A stretch of DNA of 64,000 nt. It comes from the human T2T-CHM13v2.0 reference genome, Homo sapiens. The stretch is from the NCBI RefSeq assembly GCF_009914755.1, contig NC_060947.1; one strand, 5' to 3'. The position numbers and the translations under genes are program-made. This document shows, in pieces, positions 47,442-61,639 of this stretch. The notes under the pieces were generated by a model. It ran no database searches, had not been told where the DNA came from, and worked only from the letters and a program-made list of their open reading frames with translations. The number at the start of each line of letters is the position of its first letter. The stretch's first letter is position 1.

Positions 47442-50400
47442 TCTAAAGAAGTCTATAGACTTCTTTATTATTAATATTGTTTGCTACAAAAAGCTACTCA
47501 TGTAGTATTTATGTTTTTAAAATGTTTAAAAGCACAATTGCCTTACCCACAATTTGTAAGCAATGTTGGAAAGCAGATTGGAGGGGTAGAGGGTGGAGGC
47601 TGGAGGCAGGGAGAAGAGTTAGGAGGCTGTTGCAATATTTAACTGAACGGCTTATTTTCTTTATGCTGCCAGATGAAGTCCCTCTCCTCCCAAGGGCCTC
47701 TCTCTGTGTGAGACGGCAGTAAGCCCCTCTCCCCACTAGTGGCTCGACCTAGTGCAGCTTGGCCTTCTTCTCTGAGGACCTCAGGTGGACCCAAGGAACC
47801 CATCCCATCCCAACACTGTGGCAATATATGCTCACCTTTGACGCCCAAATGACTAGACCTTCCAGACAATTAGGCCCCACCGGAGTGCATAATTCCAAGT
47901 TAGAGGATTCTAGGAGGAAATAATGCATTTCCATGGTGTTTTTCAATTAAAAAAAATTAGAGGCTTTGACTTGTTTAATCCTCAGGATTAAGAACAGCTG
48001 AAGACCAGCGAGAACAGTACTGAATTGTACCCAGGTGTTTGTATATTTAAAACTCATGTGTGAGTTTCATTTGATTTAAATGTTTAACTTAGTAGAAGCT
48101 GAGGTTAAAGCCAAGCTGCTCTCATAGAGTTCCAGTCTTCTGAAAAAGGTATAAATGGGTTGAAAAGCACAATGCTCTCCTTGTCTCAGTTCACCTCTCC
48201 CACAGCCAGCTTAGCTACTGGGACTATGATAAATCCCCCCTCCATTTGCATAGCACTCACAGAGCCTCAGTTGCTCTGACATCCTTTTTATCATTTCATC
48301 ATAAAAATAACCACTTAGAAGGTGCACAGGACAGAGACTTTTATCCAGATTTTTCAGAATAGGAGACCTGGAGTGATGCAGCCTGGAGTGATGCAGAGAT
48401 TTGCCCAAGATTTCCAAGCTATAAGGGGCTGGGCTAGGACTATGAGGTATGCCTACTGCCTCTCAGCCTAGTCTTCCTTCCCTTCTGATATAAGGGTCTG
48501 ATTTTCTACATATTTACTTTTTTTTTTTTTAATATAGCTTGTCTTCCCCACTGGAATGTAAGCTTCAGGAGGGCAGAGACTGTGTTGGTCTCATTTACTA
48601 TTGTGTCCTCAGTGAGTGGAACAGTGTCTGGCATATAATGATAAATATTTGTTTAACGAATAAATGAAATGTATACATGCGAGAATTGAACTCCACAAAG
48701 AAGTGCTTTGTCCCAAATCCCATGGCTAGGTGCTGCTTCAGACAGGACTGGACCCTATGTCCTTCTTCCTCCTAATTGCCAGGACAGTGCTTTCCCTGCT
48801 CGCATGGGGTCAGGACTTAGCTCTAAAACTACTCTCTGTCGATTTGGGGGCCAGGACACTAGAAGAGGGGCAAGAGGCTTGGTGGTCAGGTCCCAGTGCC
48901 AACAAGCTGATGGCAATTATTGCAGTCTTGAGAAAGGCCACTGTGCCTTTGATAGAGAAAAGCTCTGGTTTGGGCCACAAGCTGAGCCCCTAGGCCTGGC
49001 TCAGCCCCTTGGGGCCTGGCCCCAAGGCCACTCAGTAGTCTGGGGAACTGAGGTCATCCACATGGAAAGTGTTTAGAGTGGTGTCTGGCACATAGTAAGT
49101 GCTCAATGCATGTTAGCTGTGGTTGTGGTTATTTTGTTAGAATTCATCATTATACTTTCTTCTTATTGTTCTGTTGTTATTTATTTTATTTTCACCATCT
49201 CATCATTGCTCTTATTACTCTTAGTTTGCTTTTTTCTCCTTCCACATATTTCATGCATTTTTCTTCCTCCAGCTCTATGGATTGATGGTATATAGAGAAA
49301 TGGAAGCATATCAGCCCAGCAGTGGCTGCTTGTTCCAGGTCTTATGGTTCACCAAGTCACCAAGAAGGCCACAACTTCACAGCTCAGGGCTTGCTTTTGC
49401 TGAGGCTGGGCCTCTTGGGAAGCCTTCTTGCCACTATAGCATGGTCTGAGTCGAGCTGTACAAGCTGCGTTGTGTCAAATACAGGGGGACAGGCACTTTT
49501 GGACTGGCCTTTGCCCTGTGGGATGTCTACTATCTAACCTTGCCTGGTGCCCAGTTGCTGCTCATCTCCTTCCCCCATAGCTGAGACCTTCTGACCCCAC
49601 CTTCAGGCCCAGCTCCATCTCTGGCCCCCATGATGACACTTGGTCAGCCCTGGGCCCACCTGCTGGCCTCCACATCAGACTCTTGCCGTGGTTTGGCCCT
49701 GGCCCTATGCCCATGTTCTAGTCACTGGGCTCTGACTGGAAATAAAGACCAAGTCCCCACCTTGCCCACGCCAGCTCTGATCCCTGGGTTCCATCCTTGG
49801 TAAAGTGATAGCTGAGCTCTGGTTTGCTATTGCTGATCCCCTCACAGACTTAAATCTGGCCCCTTTTCCCCCAGCAAGGTCTTGCTGCCACCTGCCCCCA
49901 CCCCCCTGCCCACCCCAACTGTCCCCTAGAGTATTTGGCGTCACCCATCCCTGGACTCCTCGTCAGTTGCTGTGTCCTCCCCAAGACATTGTGTGAGACT
50001 GAAGACTTCTGCTGTTCCCTTGGGCATCCCCACTTCTGGCTATTGCCTCAGCTCTCTAGAGAGCCTGTTCTGTCTGTTCTGTCTCTTCTGCCTGCCTGAC
50101 TGCAAGTATAGCAAAGCCTGCCCAGGTCCTTCCATCTCTCAGGGCATCTGGGCTTGCTTCAGCAAACTGTGGCCATGATAACCCATAATAGGAAATCTGA
50201 CTACCCACCAAGGCTAGCAGGGGCTTCCAGCATTAGCTGACACTAACTTGGGCTCTCCCTGAGCTCTGTTAGGCCTTGAGACATGCCATTGGGCCATCCA
50301 GGGGCCCTAAGAGGAAGCCCAGAGTGTCACTGACCCAGACCTTGCTCCAAGCCAGTCTGTTTCTTTCTCCCACCCCGTTTCTCGGTCCCCCTCTCCCAAT

Positions 50401-52129
50401 ATTTGACTCCTCCCTTCCCCCCCACCCCCAACCCTGCTCTCTCAGCCCTGCCAGGTTCTGGCTGACCTGTTAGAGCCAAGACGACAGCCCTGATACCAGA
50501 GCATTTGGTGCCACCACCTTGTGCATAAATTGCTGGGCTGATGATAACCTACAATCCTACTGACAGATGCTTATGGGATTCAGCCTCCAGTTGCCACCAC
50601 TTCCTGTGAGGCCCAGCAGGATTGGCCTGTTGGCAAGTGGGCCTCTTGGAGAGGTAAAGTGGGTTGGCCCAGGGTGGAGGCTGCCAGCTCTGGCTAGGAA
50701 ACATAGCAGAGCCTGGTCCTTGGGGATCTCATATCCCCTGCCCTGACTCTAATTCTCAGTACACCAAGCTGGTTGGAGTAGAAGCCACTGGAGCTAGGAG
50801 GTGCTGAGTTGACCTACTTATGGGCAGTAGCCACTGTGGCGGGAGGCAGGGGCCTTGTGTTCCTGAGCTGGGAAGTCAATATTTCGCACCTCAGGCCCTG
50901 CTGAGTGGAAGACCAGACTTTCCAACATCAGGAATTTCACTTCTCCAAGGGGTATCTCATGTCTTTTCTAGAGATCATGCTTAGGCCTGCCTCAGTGTCA
51001 GGCCGTTGGCCTTGATGACACACCAAACACCAGTCTCCATCCCATCCCAAGAAACTCCTACAAGGCAAGGGACATTTTACACACACACAAAAATGATCAG
51101 CTGCCTCCTATCTGCCAGAACTCCCTGTAGTATGGGCATTTGACATGGAGCCTTCTGGAAGCTGGGAGAGGAATGGAAGGGGAGTTCCAAAGTCTTTTAT
51201 AGAAATGGTTGGGCCTCACTGGTGAAGAAAGCTGAGGGAAGGAAGGGACTCAGGGACTTAATAGTATAAAGGTATAGCCTACCTCTCTGGTATAATCACT
51301 CTTGAACCAGTCACAAAGAATACTGAAGCTAGAAGGATACTTAGAGCCACATAGCCCATTGGTTTTCAAACTTAGATGTTCATCAGAATCACCAGAGAAC
51401 CAGATTCTTCTCCCTAAGGTTCAGATTCAGGAAATTTGGGGAAGAGCCTGGGGATCTACACTTTGGAATATAGTTGTGCACTGGGTTTAGGAACCATTGG
51501 TCTAGTCCAGTGCTCTCACATTACAGATAGGGGAAACTGAGGCTTAGAGAGGCAAGTTTGCAAGATCATCCGGCAATGACCTAACCTGATGTTGAGGGTC
51601 CTGTGTGATCTGATTCTAATCTGCCCTTTCTCATTCTAGTTTCCCATTTATGCATTCTTGGGGTTGCTGTATAAAATATAGGACACCAGTTAAAGGTGAG
51701 TTTGACACACTTGTATTAAAATTTATCTGAAGTCCAACTTTAACTGGGCACCTTGTACTGTTATTTGCTCAGTATTGCAATTCTATGAACCCTATACTAG
51801 AGACATCTTGAATGAACTTCTTCATATGTAATTTCTGAATTCCTACTTTTAGACCTTTGCTTATGCTGTTTCTTCTGTCGAGAATACTCATCCCATCACT
51901 TCCCCAAAACCTGCTCATCAACACGAATGCCACCTCTTCCCTCAAGCTTTCTTATTCCTTGAGTTGACCTTCATCTAGCCTCCAATAACACTTTCTCTGA
52001 CTCTCTGCTTCCACCCCCTCATGCTGTATTTTGGATCAAGGCTCTTTGTCTGGTTGGCTTAACTCTCCTGTAGAGCATGAGTCAGCCCTTTGCCAGGGTG
52101 GGGGTCATATCTGAACAGATGGCAAAGTG

Positions 52130-52360
52130 TAAAAGAATGGGTTCTGGAGTTGGATGGCTTTTGTTTGAACCCCAGCTCTGTCACCTACCAGCTGTGTGAC
52201 CTTGAGCAAGATTTCTTACCTCTCTGGGACTCAGTTTTCTCATCCATGAAATGAAAATTATAAGAATAATTTCTTCATAATGTTACTGTGAAAACTAAAT
52301 GAGAGTGCTTAGAATGGAAAGAGGAAACAAAAAATGCCCAATAAATCTTAGCAATTGTTA
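52130..52360 (+). mobile_element. MIR (further MIR relics at ~42900-43060, 43690-43830, 44130-44310, 56220-56660, 57100-57320, 59540-59880)
   Basis: gctgtgtgaccttgagcaagatttcttacctctctgggactcagttttctcatccatgaaatg core. Confidence 0.8.
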
Positions 52361-52361
52361 T

Positions 52362-52363
<2 letters not shown>

Positions 52364-52408
<45 letters not shown>
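52364..52408 (+). repeat. (ATC)15 microsatellite
   Basis: Directly visible, perfect. Confidence 0.95.
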
Positions 52409-52946
52409 TCTGTATCCTCAGCGCCAAGCACAGAGTGGTAATCAGTAAGGTCTACTGAATGAACACATAGGTGAAAGTAAAAGGCCTGGATATAAGATCC
52501 TGTGACCTATTAGCAGAAGGCGCTAGATGCTAATGTGTATAGCTCTGCACTGAAAATACACATGCCTTGGAAAATCATGTTCCCTCAGAAGAAAGTTTCT
52601 GCCCTTGAGGAGCTGTGTAAAATACCACATTTCTCTCTAGGAGAATAAGCTGTTGTTTGGAGATTGTTACACAAATGTTTGTCTCGTAGGAGCACTTCTA
52701 TGCTTTTATTCTCTAAGGTAATGATTGGAAATGGAAATCAAGACTTGTGCCTTTCACAAGTCCCTGCCTTCCTGTGGAATGCTAGAAACTTTATTTTCTT
52801 TCCACCAAGCTTAGCTCTTTCCCTCTGTTATAGTGGAATGCATTAATTGAAAGATTGGCATATGCTCAGAAACCAGGAAAAAAATGATGAAATACAAACA
52901 CCAAGTTCTGTCCAAGTTTACTTTTCTGATTCTTCACTATTACTCC

Positions 52947-53458
52947 TGTAATGGTTAATTTTAGGTGTCAACTTGACTGGATTATGGAACACCTAGAAAC
53001 CTAGTAAAGCATTATTTTTGGATGTTTCTGGAGGAGATCAGGGTATGAGTCTGAGTGGACTAGGTGGGGAAGATCCACTCTCAATATGAGCGGGCACCAG
53101 CCAGTCTGCTGGAGGCCTGCAGAGAGCAAAAACAGAAAAGGCAAATGTGTTGATTTACCCGCTGGAGCTAGGATACAGTCTTCCTCTTCTGTCCTTGGAC
53201 ATCAGAATTCCAGGTTCTCCAGCCTTTGAACTCTAGACTTACACCAGTGCTTCCTCCACAACACCAGGGTTCTCAGGCCCTTCAACCTCAGACTGAGAGT
53301 TACACCTCAGCTTCCCTTGTTCTAAGGCCTTCAGATTTGGACTGAGCCATGCACGTTACCAGCATTCTAGGGTCTCCAGCTTGCAGACCTTGCAGACAGC
53401 CTGTTGTGGGACTTCTCAGCCTCCATAATTTCATGAGCCAATTCTCCTGATAAATCCC

Positions 53459-53489
<31 letters not shown>

Positions 53490-53509
53490 GGAGAGAGAGA
53501 GAGAGAGAG
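52947..53509 (+). mobile_element. MLT2B-like LTR ending in (TA)n(GA)n; 3' terminus absent
   Basis: tgtaatggttaattttaggtgtcaacttgactggatt...ggacttctcagcctccataat. Confidence 0.85.
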
Positions 53510-54365
53510 CTTAAATGAGCATAAAATAAACAGGTAGAGATTGAAATAAAAGGAGATGAGAGAGGTACTTTTCTAGTGCAATGAGATGTATTATTCTCAT
53601 CTGAAATCACTTATGATTTTTATTGGAACAAGGCACCCAGCAAATTGCCTGGCAGAGAGTAGATGTCAAATAAATATTTGTCGAATGGATGAATGGATAT
53701 CATTGAATGAAAAGTAGAATGTAAATAGATAAATAAATCATTTTTAACAAAATAAATGAGGAAGAATTCTTCTAATATTTTCCTGCCTACCATGTCCCTG
53801 TCTCAATGTGGAAAAGTGACTGATTTGGCCCTGCCATGGGAACCCTGCCTGAACTGTGGTGTAAGTAAATACCATTTATAGTCACCTCTCTTAGACTCTT
53901 GAAGCTATTAGGAACCCAAGTGGTTAGCTAAGCCAATCTTTTTCTAGTATGCATCTAGTGACAGGAAACTCACTACCTCATTGGCATCCATGCTATGATT
54001 CTTGGATGCTCTAAAAATATCTGACTGCTGCATCAATTACAGGTCTAGTGCTAGGACGCAAGCCTCTCTATCATCCAGACTCAGGTACTCTCCAGTGTAT
54101 CACAGCTGCCGCCCTTAGAATATATAGCTGTATTTTATTCAAAGGCGGTGGGAAAATAACTTTCCTAGGAAGCAGGAAACCTGGATCCAACTCTGAGCTC
54201 TGCCACTGCCTTGCTGTGTGAATTTGGGTATTCTCCTTCCTTATTTGGGCCTCAGTTTCCTTTTTTTGCACAATGAGGGGGGTTTCAAACAGGATGCTCT
54301 GCAAGACTCTTCCAGCTCAGATGTTCCAGGACTCTCTAATGAGGTCTAATTAAGATCTTCTAATG

Positions 54366-54685
54366 CAGTGGTTCTCAAATTGTGGTCCAAGAATCCCTGG
54401 AATGCCTGGGCAACATAGTGAGACCCCCATCTCTAAATATATTTATATATAATAGAATATATTCTATATACTATATAGTATATAGAATATATTCTATATA
54501 CTATATAGTATATAGAATATATTCTATTATATATAGTATATAGAATATATTTTATTATATATAGTATATAGAATATATTTTATTGTATATAGTATATAGA
54601 ATATATTTTATTGTATATAGTATATAGAATATATTTTATTGTATATAGTATATAGAATATATATTAAATTATTAAATTACATACA

Positions 54686-54722
<37 letters not shown>

Positions 54723-55300
54723 TCAAGTGTAGTGGCGTGCACCTGTAGTCCCAGTTACTTAACAGGCTGAGGCAAAAGAGTTCGAGGCTACAATAAGCTA
54801 TGATCGTGCCACTGCACTCCAGCTTGGGTGACAGATTGAGACCCTGTCTCAAAAGAAAAAAAGAAAGAAAGAAAGAAAAGAATCCCTGAAGGTCCCTGAG
54901 AATCTTTCCAAAGGTCAAGGTCAAGGAGGTCTTTTCAAACTAACATATCTGCAGGAGGCAGAATTTTCTTTACATACTTCAATACACAACAGAAGCAGCT
55001 AGCTTCTGAATCCAGCCAAACATCAAAGAGAATAACAACAAATGTAAAATCTCCCCACTCTTCTCGGTAAATTTATTTTTGTTTTGTAAAATATTGTTAT
55101 ACTTCATAAAATATTAAAAATATATTCTAGAATATATTATTTATATTAACATGTTTAATCTTTAAGCATGACTTTGACAACGAACGAATCAATCAAGCAA
55201 TATTCCTTAAATGTTTCCATCTTAATTTCTAATATAGTTAACATGGATAGATGTAACCCACGTAAATAAAAACTCCATCAAATCATTCATAACTTTTAAT
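54366..55300. mobile_element. hAT-Charlie-like DNA transposon relic, interrupted by an Alu
   Basis: cagtggttctcaaa terminus; aagaatccctg duplicated around the Alu; right boundary uncertain. Confidence 0.55.
54403..54878 (+). mobile_element. 5'-truncated AluJ with an AT-rich minisatellite (54436-54720) expanded in its linker
   Basis: gcctgggcaacatagtgagacccc, then 8 units of 28-30 bp plus (TA)n, then the right monomer and a (GAAA)n tail. Confidence 0.88.
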
Positions 55301-55832
55301 GGTGTACCGCGGTCCCGTTTAGTAGGTCTGACTTCCTTTCTCATTCCATATAGTTTTCTCTCTGGTCCCCCAATGGTCACAGATGTGCTCTGCTCAATAT
55401 CTGGCACAGGAATGGACACAGTGTCTCTGGGAGGGAGGCCATTCTTCCTTCCTCATGGGCCTCAGCCATAATGGGCCTGTCTTCTCCTTCACCTGGGTTC
55501 CTTGGCAAAGACCAGTGACTTGGGCCTTAAACAAGACACCCTCTTGTGGGCAGTGCCAGTTCCCAGGTGGAGAAATCAAGCAGCTGATCAGGCGAGGCTT
55601 GATGTGCTAGCCTCCCTGCTTGCCTGTGCACAGTTGCCCAGCCCCTCTGGGTTCCAGCTACGCTGAATGATACACTCTCCATATCCGCCACCCAAAGAAA
55701 GCAGATTTCATTACTGCTATGCCAGTTGTGTCAGGCCTTGAGTGTGAGGCAAGGGAGAACCTGCCTGATTCAGATCCCCCATGGGGTATATGGGGAAGAG
55801 GGATATGAGGAGGGAGGACTTGTGTTAACTGA

Positions 55833-56239
<407 letters not shown>

Positions 56240-56821
56240 TAGAGATCTTTATCCTTATTCTCCTATTATAGCCATGGAAACCAAAGGTCCCAGAGGTAAT
56301 GTGACTTGTCTAAGGTGGTTATGCAACCAAAAAAGTAGCTGGGCTTGGATCTAAAGTCATATCTAATAATGTCAAATCAATGCTCCTTCTGCTTTACCAG
56401 AAGCAGGGAGAGCCAGGAGCGTTCAGGACAAGACGAGAGAGGAAGGGAGCTAACATTTATTGAACATTTACTATGTGCCAAGCATATGTTATCTCATTAA
56501 CTCCTAACAGCAGTCCCCTTATGTAAGCAGTGACTCTCAGTTTACAGATGAGGAAACAGGCTTAGGGAAGGGAAGTGGCTTTTGTAAGGGTACACTGTTA
56601 GGAGGTAGCAGAACCAGGATTCAAATCTAAGTCTGTCTGGCTCCAAAGCCTCTGCTTCTTCAATAATACCAAATGAGATTTATTTTTATTTGTTAATTGT
56701 TTATTTATGATGAGACACCATTTCTTAACCCACATATTCATATTTCATAGTTCAGGAACACAGGTCTGTGACCAACTTCTATGTAATTCAACCCAAAGAA
56801 ATTCTTTATATTCCAAAATCA

Positions 56822-56950
<129 letters not shown>

Positions 56951-58899
56951 TCAGGGAAGCAACAAATGCTCCAATAATATGAAACCCATGTGTCTGAGGT
57001 TTCATCAAAGCACTGGAAGCCATGGTAGTTATTATCCTTGATAGGTATGTCAACCTCAACACCAATATCCTTCCTGGCTGATGGAGAATGAGCCACAAAT
57101 AACATATATTGAGAACGTACTTTATGCCAGACACTATACTACATGCTTTAATTCATTCTGTTTAAACCTCCCAAAGGAAGTAGGTACTATTATTATTCCC
57201 CATTTTACGGATGGGCACACTAAGGCAGTAACAGGCCCAAGGTCACCAGTTAAAGAGTAACAGAACTAGTATTGAATCCAGGCAGTCAACTTCCGAGTTC
57301 ATGGCTTAAAACCACCTCAAGACAAAACTGGTGTGAGAGACCCAGAATTGAAACTGAAGTCTCCTGGTTTCTTAGCTTAATGTGGTGTGCTGCGCACTAA
57401 TGCCTCCTGAATGAATGCCCAAAGGCACGGCTGACACATCTCCTCCCAGGGGCTGGAATGGAAAGAAGGAGGTGAACTCCAGAGAGTGAAAGACTATGAG
57501 GCCATCCTAGGAGGGCAGGCAGCTTTTCCTGTAATAGTTGCTTCCCAGTTCTCCATCCTCAGGTCTCTGGCTGCAGGGCAGGAGGGCATATGCTCAAAGG
57601 AGAAAACTCTCTCTGGGCTCTGACTCCTCGTGTTATTCCTCCCCCACATGCAGAGGGCTTCCCCTTATAAGCCTGTGCTCAGCTGGACGTGGGTTGGAAG
57701 CCACTTACCTTGGCTCTTGCTGACCATCTTCCCGACACAGCCCAACAGAACTCACATCTGAGACACCCCTGAGGTCGGAGCTAGAGAGAGGGTGAGGTCA
57801 GTGATTGCAGCCTCCTTGGTACAAACGAGGAAACTGAGGGTCACAGAGTAAGTTGTAAACAGAGCTGGGGGGACCCTCACAGAGCCTCTGGACAAACCTC
57901 CGGACAAAGCCACTGATGAAGAAAGTCCCCGAAGGCAGGTAGAGACTTGCTTAAAGCAACCTAGGACCTTCCAGGGTCCCAGGACCTGGCTGTTTGCCTG
58001 ACTAGCTTGGGTCTCTGAAACAGAAGTGAGGCCAGGGAGAGTTAGTTATTCTGGGCCTCATGATGACATGTGCCTCCAGAGACCCAAGCCTGGCCTTTTG
58101 CCATGGGGTCCCTGGGAGCCTTCTGGCTACCAGCCATGGCACCCTGCCTTCTGATGTCTGGGGAGGGGCTGAGAGAGGGGGAGGGTCACTGCTTCTTAAT
58201 GGCTTTCTGCCCAGAAAGCCTCTAGAACTGCCTGCTGCTGACTTTCTTTCCTTTCAGGGCATCCAGAGGGTTCAAGTTTAGATTTCAGGCTAAACTTCTG
58301 GGCTTAGAGGGTCCTGAGCATGGGACTGGATAAAGGAGGGAAGCCATCATCTCTTCAGAAGATGTTCAGAAAAGGGCATACACCCAGTCTATCTGAGCTG
58401 GGAGAGAGCTGCTGTTATGCCCTGGGGCAGGGGGATGGATGAAATGGCATTTGAGGGCTCAGATTCTCTTTGGGGCAAGACCTGACTTCCTATGGACTCC
58501 CAGGAGCAGCAGGGGAGTTCTGAGAGGAACTGTGATTGTCCAGAGTGGAGTTTCTTTGAGACTTGCCCTGTACCTAACCCCAAACAGATTTGATACTTAG
58601 AGACCTCTAACCCGGCATCTCATTGTACAGCTGGGAAAACTGAGACCCAGGAGGAAGGGGCCTCTCCGAGATGCCACAGTGAGTCAAGAGTCCTCACTTC
58701 AGAGGGCTGGAGAATAATCTACTGAGGCAGGGCCAGGGCACCTGTCTGAGAGGGGCTTCTAAGGCTGCAAGCTTTTCCCCTTCCGTGGACTGCATTCACA
58801 CCTTGTTCGGTCCTGCTGGGGCCGGGGCTCTCCTTCCTTGCCCCTTTTCCTTGGCACTCTTTCCACAGGCCCTGTGTGGTCTGGGCTCTACCGAGAGGT

Positions 58900-59530
58900 C
58901 CCCAAGGAGAGCTGGCGTGTCAGTCAGCCAAGAAGCAAGCAGGCAGGCAATGCCAGCATGCAGGTGGCGGGGCTGGCAGGGGAGCCGGCAGGAGGGCCGG
59001 ACACCCGGAGCCGGGGAACTGTAATGTTCAGGGAATTTCAATTGGCATTGCTGTCCCGTTCCAGCCAACTGGCTTACGGTGCCGAGTTTGAATCAGTGAC
59101 CCGCCTCCTGGTCCCTCCTCCTTAGCCGGCCTCTCTCCCTCCCTCCTTTTTTCCCTCCCTCGGTGGCCTTCCAGGAGGCGGGAGGCGCCCGCTGTCGAGG
59201 CAGCTGAGCCCCGGCAACCGCTGCTCTCCGCCTCTCCCCTCGCGGGGCCGGCTCATGGAGCGCAGGGACCGGGCTGGCTCTCGCCGAGCCCCGGGCCTCT
59301 TTTAGCCTCGTCCCCAGAGAGGGAGGAGCCGGTGCCCGGCACAGCCCCGCCGGCCCTAGAAGCTCCCCACGCGCCACCATGCCTCTGCTGGACGTTTTCT
59401 GGTCTTGCTTCAGGAAGGTGAAGGTAAGTGACTGGCCAGCCCCAGCCCATCCCGCTGCTCAGGGGGGAAGGAGGCAGATGTGGACCACTGCGCACCAGCT
59501 GGGAAAACGGACCAGACGGGCTTCTGAGAC
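58900..59530 (+). promoter_or_regulatory. STARD8: CpG island / promoter and 5'UTR of STARD8
   Basis: The only CpG-dense unique segment in the window; GC-rich motifs; surrounds a strong Kozak ATG and splice donor. The exact TSS cannot be determined from sequence. Confidence 0.85.
59379..59423 (+). CDS. STARD8: First coding exon of STARD8/DLC3 long (alpha) isoform, a RhoGAP-START protein; MPLLDVFWSCFRKVK, phase-0 intron follows
   Basis: gccaccATG Kozak, 15 open codons, AAG|GTAAGT consensus donor; peptide recognised from memory as the DLC3-alpha N-terminus. Confidence 0.85.
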
Positions 59531-59974
59531 TACCTGAGGCTCTCGGAGTTAGAAAGGCTTGGGTTCAAGTCTCACCTTTGTCACTTAACCAGTTCTGTGA
59601 CCTTCTGTTGCATTCCCATACAAACAAGTCTGCTAGTTGGCTCTTTTTAATAAAACTCGCCTCTGTTGCTTCCTGGATCTTGCCACAAAGGCAAGATACT
59701 TAACCTCTCTGAACCTCAGTTTCCTCTCAGCTTTAGAATGAGGACCATAGTAACACCAACCTTACGGGGTGATGAGGTTGGTGTTATTGTTTACATAGCA
59801 AATGTATGCAAATCCAGGAGATAATGTGTGTAAGCTTCCTAGCAGGATGCCTGGTGTGGAGCATCCACACAAACAATGGTATCTATTATTATTATTATTA
59901 TTAATTTCTATCCATATATATAAAAGCACATACTCTGTGCTAGGCACCACTGGAGCTACACAAAGACAAAAAAG

Positions 59975-60103
59975 GGCTGGACACAGTGGCTCACGTCTGT
60001 AATCCCAGCATTCTGGGAGGCCGAGGTGGGAGGATCACTTGAGGCCAGGGGTTCAAGACCAGCTTAGGCAACATAAGGAGACCCCCATCTCCATTTTTTA
60101 AAA
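59975..60103 (+). mobile_element. FLAM-like Alu monomer (intron 1)
   Basis: Single monomer; aagacaaa on both flanks. Confidence 0.82.
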
Positions 60104-61639
60104 GAAGACAAAGAAGGACATGGCTTTTGTCCTCAAAGAGAATATAAGAAAAGTGACAAATATTTACCAGGCACCTACTATATGCCAGACATTGTGCTAA
60201 ATAGTCAGTTTGTCAGTAAATATTTGTTGAGTGTCTACTATATCCTGGCCATGGGGGATACATGAGCACAGCCGAACCCACAAGTGTGTGTAAAGCATGA
60301 TTCCACTCTCAAGAACCAAGAAACTAATATTTATTTAGTATCCACTATGTACCAGACCTAGGCACTTTTAATTCATTCATGTGGCAGTGATCTTCAGCAC
60401 AACCCATTGTTTTCCTGCTTTTATAGATAGGGAAAAGACACTGTGAATAGTTAAGAAATATTTACAAGGTTGCTCAGATATGACTGGCAGAGCTGGGATC
60501 TGAGCTCCTAAGTCCATGCCTTTCTTGACGCTGTGTGGTTTCCCACAGTCCAACCCAGTAGGAAGACTTTCAAACGACTAGCCTGACTGTAAGACAGGAT
60601 GAAAGAATGCTGGGACCTTTGGGAAGGAAAGATCCATTCCACCGGGAGGGACTTGGAGAGGTTTCACAGGAGGTCACATTTGGGCTGAGCCTGAGGCTTA
60701 AAGGAAGAGAAGAGTTTGTCAGTCCAAAAGTGGGGGAAGGGCATTCCAGGCATGCCTGGCAGAGGGAACTTCGTGAGCTAGAGTTTGGAGGCAGTCAAAT
60801 GGTAGTGGGCTGGGGGAAAGGCTTCTTTCGTGATGTGGCTCAAATGTAGGGTTAGAGAGGATAGGAGCTTGAGAAAGGGAAGCAGAGACTACTTCCCAAA
60901 GGGTTTGGAATTAATCTGTGGATTCATGGTCCTCATCTAGTAGGGGTCCTGAATGAGATTTTTCAACCATCTGTGGTGGAATGAGAGAAAAGTAGGGATA
61001 ATGTCGTGCAGTGTTCATAAAACTAAATTAATTCAACTCAAAGGACTATTCTTTATTTGGAGACTGTTGTGTCCTTCCTGTGGGGGTGGGGATTCAAATG
61101 ATCTTTCTCCTACAAAATATGAGTGAGAAATTTTTTAAATGTCTGCCCTCAGCAAAATTACAAAGTTTGCGACATGCTGATTGTTTCCCTATTTATTTAT
61201 TTAAGAACACTTTCCTCATCCATGAAATCTGAAAGTCTGGTGACTACTGTTTTGGGGAATAAGGGGCTGATTTCAGCATAATAGGGATATAATTAAGTGG
61301 ACGGTTTTAGAAAAAGCACTCCAGCAGTAGTGGGCAGGGATGGTGTGGAAGGGCCCAAGTGGAGATGCAGAGGCCAGGAAGGAGGCAGCTGCAGTGGAAA
61401 TAAGGATGGGAGAGGAAGAAATGATAGAGAGCTGGATGGAATGATAATGACGAGGGAAGGGAAAATTAAAGTGCCTTTGAGGTTTGACGCCCGAGAGGCA
61501 CCTCTGTCCCCTACCCCAGTTAACTGTTCTAGGTGCTTGGCATGGATTTAAATCTCTTTGCACTCATTACCCCAACTTCTCAGATGCCCAGAAAACATGT
61601 CCTAACCCCTGTCAGCCTCTTGGAAACTGTTGGGCTAGG

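Noticed and set aside
47722-47745. CTCF-like ccactagtgggga
   Set aside because: Partial match lacking the GGC core positions.
54451-54670. Palindromic 28-30 bp repeats reminiscent of a CRISPR array
   Set aside because: No unique spacers, eukaryotic context and no cas genes; it is a minisatellite.
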